DNA from: Octopus bimaculoides | Lineage: Eukaryota | Direction: 5' to 3' | NCBI RefSeq assembly: GCF_001194135.2 | Contig: NC_069004.1 | Coordinates: forward strand, 29,550,481-29,582,997 | Length of the DNA: 32,517 nt | Part shown: piece by piece, positions 22,428-32,517 of the stretch | Layout: every line of letters starts with the position of its first letter | Numbering within the stretch: position 1 is the stretch's first letter | Program-made: the position numbers and the translations under genes | The notes under the pieces: model-generated | Database searches by the model: none | What the model saw: only the letters and a program-made list of their open reading frames with translations | What the model was told of the DNA's origin: nothing

Positions 22428-23244
22428 GTATTTATGTATGCATGCATGTTTGTATGTATGTATGTATGCATGTATGTATGTATGGTTATGNNNNNNNNNN
22501 NNNNNNNNNNNNNNNNNNNNNNNNNNNNNNNNNNNNNNNNNNNNNNNNNNNNNNNNNNNNNNNNNNNNNNNNNNNNNNNNNNNNNNNNNNNNNNNNNNNN
22601 NNNNNNNNNNNNNNNNNNNNNNNNNNNNNNNNNNNNNNNNNNNNNNNNNNNNNNNNNNNNNNNNNNNNNNNNNNNNNNNNNNNNNNNNNNNNNNNNNNNN
22701 NNNNNNNNNNNNNNNNNNNNNNNNNNNNNNNNNNNNNNNNNNNNNNNNNNNNNNNNNNNNNNNNNNNNNNNNNNNNNNNNNNNNNNNNNNNNNNNNNNNN
22801 NNNNNNNNNNNNNNNNNNNNNNNNNNNNNNNNNNNNNNNNNNNNNNNNNNNNNNNNNNNNNNNNNNNNNNNNNNNNNNNNNNNNNNNNNNNNNNNNNNNN
22901 NNNNNNNNNNNNNNNNNNNNNNNNNNNNNNNNNNNNNNNNNNNNNNNNNNNNNNNNNNNNNNNNNNNNNNNNNNNNNNNNNNNNNNNNNNNNNNNNNNNN
23001 NNNNNNNNNNNNNNNNNNNNNNNNNNNNNNNNNNNNNNNNNNNNNNNNNNNNNNNNNNNNNNNNNNNNNNNNNNNNNNNNNNNNNNNNNNNNNNNNNNNN
23101 NNNNNNNNNNNNNNNNNNNNNNNNNNNNNNNNNNNNNNNNNNNNNNNNNNNNNNNNNNNNNNNNNNNNNNNNNNNNNNNNNNNNNNNNNNNNNNNNNNNN
23201 NNNNNNNNNNNNNNNNNNNNNNNNNNNNNNNNNNNNNNNTATAT

Positions 23245-23277
<33 letters not shown>

Positions 23278-23889
23278 CATATCACTTTACCTATACAAAT
23301 CGCATACATCCAACACAAAGACTTCATTATTAATAACAAAAAGAAAAAATAAAGATAGTTTTATCTACAAGGCATGGATTGATTATTTCATCATGAAAAC
23401 ATTTCATTCTTTACTCATTTACAGGTTTCAGATAAAAATTGGAATCATTGAAATTATATTAGTTTTCTACAGAGTCATTCTTCACTCGTAGTTCTAAATT
23501 AAGAAATATTATTTCTCTCGTCACCAATAGATCTTTGTATATATTTTTAAGATGTCTGCCGTTTTTACTCCTTTTCGCGATTATCTTTATGCTTCAAATG
23601 TATTTTGAAGAGAATTGAAGAAGATATTAATGCATTGCTAGTCATCACATCTATCATTCACACAAATGTAAATGGATTTTACATACATGACTTATCGGCT
23701 GTTAGAAATAAACTCAACAAAGCAGTCCTTATGAAGAAATATAGTGTTTAACTGAAAGAAACGAATCAACTGCCACTATTCTTTCTTTCTTCCTTTCTTT
23801 CATTCTTTGTTTCTTTGTTTCTTTCTTTTGTTTATTTTTCTTCTTGGCTACAGAACGTATAAATTGGACGCAACCTCCCTCAACTCTGC

Positions 23890-23925
<36 letters not shown>

Positions 23926-23942
23926 TATATACTTATATACAT

Positions 23943-24340
23943 AGGTGTAGGCATGGTTTTGTGGTAAGAAGCTTGCTTCCTAACCACATGGTTCTGGGTT
24001 CAGACCCACAGTTCTTTTACTATAGCCTCAGGCTCACCAAAATCTTGTAGTTGGATTTGGTGAACGGAAACTGAATGAAGCCCGTCGTATGTATAAATAT
24101 GTATGTGTGGTGGGTGCGTGTGTGTTTGGTTCCACCCTCTCTTACAGCACTTGACAGTTGGTGTTGGTATGTTTATGCCCCCCCCCGAAACCTAGCTGTT
24201 CGGCAAAAGAGTCCGATAGAGTAAGTACTTGGCTTTCAAAAATAAGTGCTGCGATCTATTTGTTCGACCAAAACCCTTTAAGCCGATGCTATAGCATGGC
24301 CACAGTCAACTGTCGGAAACAAGTAACAGAATAAAAGAAT
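23943..24340 (+). mobile_element. SINE family A, full length
   Basis: gtggtaagaagcttgcttcctaaccacatggttctgggttcag head, short internal TG-rich spacer, 3' body and aataaaagaat tail. Confidence 0.88.
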
Positions 24341-24954
24341 ATATATATATATAAATATATATATATACACACACACACACTTATATTCTTATATATTTAT
24401 ATGTATATATATATATATTTATATGTATGTATGTATATACAATATATACATACATATATATAGGTATGTGTGTATATACAATATATATATATATATATAT
24501 ATATATANNNNNNNNNNNNNNNNNNNNNNNNNNNNNNNNNNNNNNNNNNNNNNNNNNNNNNNNNNNNNNNNNNNNNNNNNNNNNNNNNNNNNNNNNNNNN
24601 NNNNNNNNNNNNNNNNNNNNNNNNNNNNNNNNNNNNNNNNNNNNNNNNNNNNNNNNNNNNNNNNNNNNNNNNNNNNNNNNNNNNNNNNNNNNNNNNNNNN
24701 NNNNNNNNNNNNNNNNNNNNNNNNNNNNNNNNNNNNNNNNNNNNNNNNNNNNNNNNNNNNNNNNNNNNNNNNNNNNNNNNNNNNNNNNNNNNNNNNNNNN
24801 NNNNNNNNNNNNNNNNNNNNNNNNNNNNNNNNNNNNNNNNNNNNNNNNNNNNNNNNNNNNNNNNNNNNNNNNNNNNNNNNNNNNNNNNNNNNNNNNNNNN
24901 NNNNNNNNNNNNNNNNNNNNNNNNNNNNNNNNNNNNNNNNNNNNNNNNNNNNNN

Positions 24955-24989
<35 letters not shown>

Positions 24990-25246
24990 CACACACACAC
25001 ACACATATATATACAGGTTTGTATGTATGGATGTATGTATGTATATGCGTATATATATATATGTGTGTATATATGCGTATATATGTGTATATACAAATAC
25101 ATTGATACGTACATACATACATACATGCATATATATGTATTTATGTATGTGTGTGAGTGTGTCTGTGTGTATGTACACACACATATATATACATGTTTGT
25201 ATAGATGTATGTATTATATGCGTATATAGATATATATTTATACACG

Positions 25247-25289
<43 letters not shown>

Positions 25290-25320
25290 TGTGTGTGTGT
25301 GTGCGTGTGTGTGTGTGTGC

Positions 25321-25354
<34 letters not shown>

Positions 25355-25400
25355 ACGTATGTATGTATGTATGTATATACACGTATGTTTCTATGTAGGC
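24340..25400. repeat. Mixed (TA)n/(CA)n/(TG)n/(TATG)n low-complexity block with gap
   Basis: Direct inspection; source of many Y/I/H/T/V/C ORFs. Confidence 0.95.
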
Positions 25401-26284
25401 TCGATGTATTGTTTACAGATATAAACATTGTATTATCTATTACACACATTTACTTATATTAGCATAGATACGATATATACACACTAAAAGAAGAAACAAA
25501 AATTATCCAGTTTCTTTTTTAGTTTTTTATTTTCATATATTTTCAAATAACTGCTTTATTCAAATATTACATTTAAATTTCAAACAGACGCTATTTTTCA
25601 ATATACAAATAAAATAAAATAAAATAAGACCCATCGTTCCTGCGTTTGGCAGTTCCTTTCAATTATTGCTTAATATAAACATCGAGAATGCAAAGGATCG
25701 CGTCTTTGAAGAATGGGAAATACGTAAGATGCTTTGAACCAAGCAAAGGTCAATTAAAAGACGTCTAATTACCTTGGAATGGAATCGAAGAACAGACATA
25801 CGAGTGCTTTCAATATTTTGTCTTAAATTAGAAGATGTATTTGCAATGTAGACGATTGTATTGGCTTTAGGGAATCTGAAGAATTGAAGTAGTGAAGTTA
25901 TTTGGGAGAAATCTTATTGAAGTTGAAATGAGAAAATATAAAATTGTCATCTTTTCAATATACTTTTTAGTTTTGTGTATGTATGTGTGTATATGCGTAC
26001 GTGCACACGTATGTTCATANNNNNNNNNNNNNNNNNNNNNNNNNNNNNNNNNNNNNNNNNNNNNNNNNNNNNNNNNNNNNNNNNNNNNNNNNNNNNNNNN
26101 NNNNNNNATATACACACATACATACGCATATATATTCATATACACACATATATATATATATATATATATGTATTTATGTATATATATATATATGTGTGTG
26201 CGTGTATGTATGTAGTATATGTATCTATATGTATGTATACGTATATTTGTATATGCGTGAGCGTGTGTGTGTGTGTATGCGATT

Positions 26285-26495
26285 GTTTGTTTCTGTGTTT
26301 GTCTCCCCACCATCACTTGACAACCGATGCAGGTGTGTTTACGTCCCCGTAACCCAGCGGTTCGCCAAAAGAGACTGATAGAATAAGTACTAGGCTTACA
26401 AAGAATAAATCCTGGGGTTGATTTGTTCGACTAAAGGTGGTGCTCCAGCATGGCCGCAGTCAAATGACTGTAACAAGTAAAAGAATAAAAGAAAA
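26285..26495 (+). mobile_element. SINE family A, 3' half (least diverged copy)
   Basis: ttgacaaccgatgcaggtgtgtttacgtccccgtaac...tagaataagtactaggcttacaaagaataa...ggtgctccagcatggccgcagtcaaatgactg. Confidence 0.92.
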
Positions 26496-27270
26496 TGTAT
26501 GAGGTTATCTATACATATACAAGTGTGGTGTGTGTGTGTGTATGTGCCTGCGTGTGTGTATATGTGTTTGTGTATCGTGTGCATATGTGTATGAGTACAT
26601 ACATACACATGTATATGCACATATATACTGATATTTACTTCTCAGAACCCTAAGCATTTATGTATGTGTTTCTGTATGTATATATATATACATACACACC
26701 TCTACAGGTGCGTGTATGTATGTAAATGTAGAAGACTGTACATGTTTATCTGTACCTTTGTGTTCATGTACGCATGTATGTATATTTTTGGTCTTATTCT
26801 TCAAATTTCTCGGGAACAGAGAATAAAACTGGTTTCCAACACATAAACGAGTAATATTTAACGTTTAGATTTCCTGGCTAGAATTTAAATTTATTTTATT
26901 TTTTTCCATTTCTTTGAGTAACTTCTCACTGACAAGATGGTAAATAATATGTTTTTATTCGCTTTGTTATTTTTCGCGCAAGAATTCCTCCTTAAGAATT
27001 TAAGTATACCTTGCGGCTTTCTTTTCTTCCAAAGATCATGAATTTCTGTGGTGCATGGATTAATCCAGTGCGTTCTTTGGCCAAGAATCAGAAATATTTT
27101 GCCACAGGCAATTTTTGCAAATTCTTCCCCTCCATGATAACAATGGTTATTTTAGATATGTATGTATGTTTGTATGTATGTATGTATGCATGCATGTATG
27201 ATTGCGTACATGTATGTATGTATGTCTGCGTGCATGTATGCATGTATGATGTATGTATGTAAAGATAAAA

Positions 27271-27595
27271 AAGGTATAGACCTTCTTCGGTTATGAATGA
27301 CCATGAGATTGGACCTAGAAAGTTCCCCACCGAAGTACAAGTCTGGGCAAGGTTGTTTATGGAAGACCAGCAGTCGCCCATGCATACCAGCCGCCCTCTC
27401 TCCTTACCACCGATGTTATGCGAGGGAAAGGCAAAGGGGCCGATACAGCTTGACACCAGTGACATCGCAACTCACTTCTATACGTGAAATGAAATGTATT
27501 ACTCAAGAACACAACGCACCGCTCGGTCTTGAAATCGAACTCACAACCTCATGATCGTGAGCTCGACGCTCTTACCACCGAGCCATGCGCCTTCA
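27271..27595 (-). mobile_element. tRNA-derived CORE-type SINE, family B, full length
   Basis: Minus strand A-box TGGCTCGGTGG (27575-27585) and B-box-like GAGTTCGATTTC (27531-27542), then gcgttgtgttcttgag, then a distinct about 200-bp body. Confidence 0.88.
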
Positions 27596-27611
27596 TGTAT
27601 GTATCCAACAG

Positions 27612-27800
27612 CAACAACGGTCGCAATACTAACGGAAGAGCCTTAAGCAGTAGCTTGACCGACTGGAAATAGTAGCCAAACTTTTTTCATATCACACTCT
27701 GCTGTCTTTAAATAATAATGAGGGATTCTTTAATAGTGAAGATTTAGATATACTCTATGTCTGAAAATATACTGGACAGTCACGGCTGGAAAGCATATCG
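27612..27800 (+). mobile_element. Family D retroposon body, degenerate
   Basis: gcttgaccgactggaaatagtagccaaa...tagatatactc...gtcacggctggaa resembles a recalled octopus SINE 3' region that ends in gctcgatcagggctgacctggggctaaac. Confidence 0.5.
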
Positions 27801-27924
27801 GACGGTGACGCATTGAAAATAGAAATTTATTTGGAAAAAAGAAGTGTGCTGTACCTAGTTACTCTACCATTCAGCTTTGCTCAGTAGATCTAATTATCTG
27901 CATAATATAAGTTGAACTGAGCTT

Positions 27925-28330
27925 AACAATGGTCGATCAGGGCTCATCTGAAGTCAAACAATGCGCAAACGGGGATAACGTGGAGTTAAGAATGCTCTGA
28001 CCTGGGGTTCAATAATGCTCAATTGGGGATACCATGCAACTAAAGGATTACAGAGAGAAAATACTCGATCGGAGCCCATCTGTAGTTAAATAATGCTCGA
28101 CCAGGAACTCTTCCAGCTAACAAGGCTTTATCAGTGTTCACTTGCATTTTATTACATTCGATCGGTTGCTGATCTTAAGTTTAAAACAGTTCATTCAGAA
28201 CTGAAGTAGAGTTAAATATGCTCGTTAAGGGCCGGCAAGGAGTTAACTATGCTCGATCAGGGCTGACGTGGAACAAAGAGTGCTCATCAGGGTTGACCTG
28301 CAGCTAAAGAAAAACGGCAACAACACAAAC
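27925..28330 (+). repeat. Degenerate minisatellite, about 32-bp unit, about 12 copies, consensus near ATGCTCGATCAGGGCTGACCTGGAGTTAAA
   Basis: Units include atggtcgatcagggctcatctg (27929), atgctcgaccagg (about 28094), atgctcgatcagggctgacgtgg (about 28248) and gtgctcatcagggttgacctg (28280). Confidence 0.8.
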
Positions 28331-28748
28331 AGAATAATCTTGGGTTAATCTAATCTCGATTGAAAATCCTTCATTTGTGCTTAATCGAAGAAAATCGATA
28401 TTTACATCAGACCTACTGAGTCAAATATTTGTGTCAATGCACACACACATACGTATACACACACACATATGTATACACACAAACACACATACACACACTT
28501 TTAAAGGCATGCATGCAAGACGCATGACAGCACACACGCACATGCGCAAATACACAATTATGCACACATACATACACACATACTTAACATCTGTTGGTAC
28601 ATATACACATGCACTAACAATTAAATACACACAGAGACACACACACATAGACACACACACACAGACACACACACACACTTGAAAAATCTGCTAAAGGCTT
28701 CCTTTGCTGATAATGTTCAAGACGTAATCGATACCCGTAGACATACGC

Positions 28749-28786
<38 letters not shown>

Positions 28787-30078
28787 NNNNNNNNNNNNNN
28801 NNNNNNNNNNNNNNNNNNNNNNNNNNNNNNNNNNNNNNNNNNNNNNNNNNNNNNNNNNNNNNNNNNNNNNNNNNNNNNNNNNNNNNNNNNNNNNNNNNNN
28901 NNNNNNNNNNNNNNNNNNNNNNNNNNNNNNNNNNNNNNNNNNNNNNNNNNNNNNNNNNNNNNNNNNNNNNNNNNNNNNNNNNNNNNNNNNNNNNNNNNNN
29001 NNNNNNNNNNNNNNNNNNNNNNNNNNNNNNNNNNNNNNNNNNNNNNNNNNNNNNNNNNNNNNNNNNNNNNNNNNNNNNNNNNNNNNNNNNNNNNNNNNNN
29101 NNNNNNNNNNNNNNNNNNNNNNNNNNNNNNNNNNNNNNNNNNNNNNNNNNNNNNNNNNNNNNNNNNNNNNNNNNNNNNNNNNNNNNNNNNNNNNNNNNNN
29201 NNNNNNNNNNNNNNNNNNNNNNNNNNNNNNNNNNNNNNNNNNNNNNNNNNNNNNNNNNNNNNNNNNNNNNNNNNNNNNNNNNNNNNNNNNNNNNNNNNNN
29301 NNNNNNNNNNNNNNNNNNNNNNNNNNNNNNNNNNNNNNNNNNNNNNNNNNNNNNNNNNNNNNNNNNNNNNNNNNNNNNNNNNNNNNNNNNNNNNNNNNNN
29401 NNNNNNNNNNNNNNNNNNNNTATATATATATATATATATATATACATATATATATGTCATGCATTGCATATTTATATATATATATACAACGTTATTTATA
29501 TATATACACATATATACATGCATGTGTGTGTGTCTGTATGTGTTTTTGCTTGTAACTGTAATGTCATTTTATATTTGATTACAACAAAACCAATGCAATT
29601 ATCTTCATTCCACACTTGATCAGTTACCTTGCTTGCTTGCTTGGCTCTCTATCAACTGCCATTTCTCAGTCTCGTACAAATAACCGGTATAATTGTCTTA
29701 GCACATACTTGATGAGTTCTTCTTTGGCTTAATATCAACTTCCATTTGCCAGGTTGTATCTAATTGCGTGTCAATCTCTTCCTCCCACTCTCTGTCTCTC
29801 TCTCTATCTATCTCTCTCTCCCTCTCTTGTTCTCTCTGTCTTCTATAACAGAACGCAATTAGTCCGGTGCAGTGAAGCTTGATGCGTTTTCTTTACTATA
29901 TTAGTTAGTCGGTCTCGTAGTCAAGACAACGCGGCATTAACACAAAAAGCAAAATGGCCGTCTTCTTTTTTTTTTCCTTTCTTTTACGTGAAATGTTAAT
30001 GTTTTTCCTTCATTACAATTACATTTCATCAACCATTATCTTTGTTGCATTAAGATCAAAAATAACGTTAACACAATT

Positions 30079-30085
30079 AATAATG

Positions 30086-30159
<74 letters not shown>
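30079..30159. repeat. (AAT)n microsatellite
   Basis: Direct inspection. Confidence 0.98.
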
Positions 30160-30454
30160 TATATATGTCACACGTCCGTTTGTTATCTGTTATATGTGCA
30201 ATATTTCGAGTTTGCAAACTGATTTAGTTGGAGTAAAGCATAAACATCAAAACTAGTCTATACAAAATTATCTTAGCTATTTTTAATATTTATTGGCGTG
30301 AACATTATTATGTTATTAGGAAACTAGATTTGCAACCGTACGTGATTTCGGTTTCAATTCTAGCAGGCTGTATCTGGGAAGAATACTAATCTTTTACTAT
30401 GGGTCTAGGCTGAACAGTACCTTCTGAGTAAATTTTAGTTGCTGGAGGCTATAA

Positions 30455-30830
30455 GGAAGACCATCGTATGTATGGTAAGAAATTTGCTTCCCAACCACAT
30501 GGTTTCGGGTTCAGTCCCACCGCATGGCACTTCGGGCAAATGTTTTCTATCGAAGCCTCGGGATTGGATTTGGAAGACAGGAACTGAATGCCCGTCGTAT
30601 GTTTTGTATCTATGTGCGCATGTCTTTGTGTCTGTATTTGTCCTCGACCAGCCCTTGACAACCCGGGTTGGTGTGTTTAAGTCCCGGCATCTTAGCGGTT
30701 CGGAAAAAGAGAACCGATAGAACAAGCAATGGGATCGATTCGATCGACTAAAACATTCGACTAAAAATTCTTCAAGGCGGTACCTCAGCATAGCCGCGCA
30801 GTCTAATGACCGAAACAAGTAGAAGATAAC
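30455..30830 (+). mobile_element. SINE family A, full length, diverged
   Basis: tggtaagaaatttgcttcccaaccacatggtttcgggttcagtcccac head, then body ttgacaacccgggttggtgtgttt...ttagcggttcgg...caaggcggtacctcagcatagccgc. Confidence 0.88.
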
Positions 30831-31796
30831 AGATAATGCATATACATCCATCCATACATACATACATACATACACACATACACACATACATACATACATA
30901 CATACCTGCATACATGCATACATGCATACATACATACATACATACATACCTGCATACATACATACATAGACGACAAGAAATAATATTTGTCTCTTTTTAT
31001 GGAAACAAAAGAGTATATAGGACTGCAAAAAAGAAGTGCTCAAATGTAAATGAGACAGAGATAGCGAAACATTGGTCATAGAACAAACATCAAATTCGAG
31101 TCAATGACTTTATATGTAACCCCATCACCATGGTTCTTAAACGTATAAAAAAATATACATATATATAAAAACACAAAAGGTAAAAAATACATAAGCGAAT
31201 AAAATACAAATAGAACGGCCTATCAAAAAGGTAAATATTAACGACTAAAAATCCATAATAATCTTTTATAAAAATAATATTATTAGTATNNNNNNNNNNN
31301 NNNNNNNNNNNNNNNNNNNNNNNNNNNNNNNNNNNNNNNNNNNNNNNNNNNNNNNNNNNNNNNNNNNNNNNNNNNNNNNNNNNNNNNNNNNNNNNNNNNN
31401 NNNNNNNNNNNNNNNNNNNNNNNNNNNNNNNNNNNNNNNNNNNNNNNNNNNNNNNNNNNNNNNNNNNNNNNNNNNNNNNNNNNNNNNNNNNNNNNNNNNN
31501 NNNNNNNNNNNNNNNNNNNNNNNNNNNNNNNNNNNNNNNNNNNNNNNNNNNNNNNNNNNNNNNNNNNNNNNNNNNNNNNNNNNNNNNNNNNNNNNNNNNN
31601 NNNNNNNNNNNNNNNNNNNNNNNNNNNNNNNNNNNNNNNNNNNNNNNNNNNNNNNNNNNNNNNNNNNNNNNNNNNNNNNNNNNNNNNNNNNNNNNNNNNN
31701 NNNNNNNNNNNNNNNNNNNNNNNNNNNNNNNNNNNNNNNNNNNNNNNNNNNNNNNNNNNNNNNNNNNNNNNNNNNNNNNNNNNNNNNNNNNNNNTA

Positions 31797-31990
31797 TATG
31801 GGTGCCTGTGTCTGGCCCCATCAACCGGTGTTGGCATGTTTGTGTCCCCGTATCTTAAAGGTTTGGCAAAAGAATACGATAGACTAAGTTGCAGAATCAA
31901 AGGAATAGCTGCTGTGATCGATCTGTTTGAACACCATGGTGCCCTAGTATGGCCAAAATTCAATGACTAAAAGCAGTAAAAGATTAAAAA
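31797..31990 (+). mobile_element. SINE family A, diverged 3' half
   Basis: caaccggtgttggcatgtttgtgtccccgta...ggcaaaaga...ggtgccctagtatggcc...aatgact. Confidence 0.75.
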
Positions 31991-31998
31991 AAACATAT

Positions 31999-32348
31999 TG
32001 GCCCTTCGTCTATTACGACGATGAGCTTTCCTGTTGATGAGATCAACAGAACGAACGGCCATCACCTGAAAGTAACGTGCAAGTGGCTGAGCAGACGAGA
32101 AACCTGGGTATCCTTAAATCTTAACGTATACTTTTATTCTAGTTCTCAGGGTGATTCAGCGTGACGCAGAATGTGGCGAGGTTAGGCCCTTTGAATTAGA
32201 GGTTCAACCCCTTGCTGCCAGCCGAGTGAACTGGAGCACTATTAAATATAGTGTCATGTCCCAAGAACACAACGCGTCGCCGGCAATCGAAATAGCGACG
32301 TTACCCCTCTGAGATGACTACCCATCAGCCGAATACCCACGCGCCTTC
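31999..32348 (-). mobile_element. SINE family B variant (head plus CORE-like plus domain shared with 9560-9715)
   Basis: Minus strand gaaggcgcgtggg...tttcgattgcc...gcgttgtgttcttgg...gctccagttcactcggctg, then gtcacgctgaatcaccctgagaact...ctcagccacttgcacgtt. Confidence 0.82.
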
Positions 32349-32517
32349 GAAGAATAAAAGATGAATAAACGAATAAAAAAAACATTTTTTTTTTTTTCTT
32401 AATCTTTAAGTAAAATCTCGTTGAATAAATTTAATTATATATTTAACAATGAAAGCGACTTTGTATCAATGAAAGGCCGTCTCAGAAAAATGTACTTAAG
32501 TAACATCTAATAATTAC

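Noticed and set aside
23854-23891. Strong acceptor followed by RINWTQPPSTLH
   Set aside because: The only donor is a weak CAT/GTATAT at the start of a (TA)n run; no other support.
25653-25723. SFQLLLNINIENAKDRVFEEWEI before a GTAAGA donor
   Set aside because: Mediocre acceptor and donor context, with no recognisable family.
27000-27160. Short open frames on both strands (IMNFCGAW... and HCYHGGEEF...)
   Set aside because: No strand has both a good acceptor and a good donor, and I recognise no homology.
27525-27595. tRNA gene (also heads at 510, 13311, 23950, 30470)
   Set aside because: A/B boxes are present, but each continues into a SINE body and no complete cloverleaf is evident.
28284-28290. 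Minus-strand CUGAUGA
   Set aside because: It arises from a 1-nt deletion in a minisatellite unit, and no GAAA follows.
27925-28330. CRISPR-like periodicity (about 32 bp)
   Set aside because: Units are contiguous and diverged with no unique spacers, there are no cas genes, and the context is eukaryotic.

Overview
This is AT-rich, repeat-saturated eukaryotic DNA from a draft assembly with 15 N-gaps (about 7.2 kb, about 22% of the window), nearly all flanked by microsatellites. The tRNA-derived SINE families and the density of (TA)n/(CA)n/(TATG)n/(AAT)n(GAT)n repeats match what I recall of octopus (coleoid cephalopod) genomes; this is inference, not a database result. No complete gene is present, and almost all supplied ORFs are translations of microsatellites, N-runs or antisense SINEs. 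The one credible coding candidate is a 72-nt symmetric + strand exon at 15343-15414. The window also holds about 20 SINE copies or fragments from at least four modular families, a solo mariner-like TIR, a Penelope-like remnant and three degenerate tandem arrays. The most notable signal is a 5-monomer, dimeric higher-order array (13987-14835). Four of its monomers keep an ordered hammerhead-like core on the minus strand (CUGANGA-16 nt-GAAAC-3/5 nt-GUC) but lack a cis stem I, so it may be a decayed non-LTR retrozyme-type satellite.
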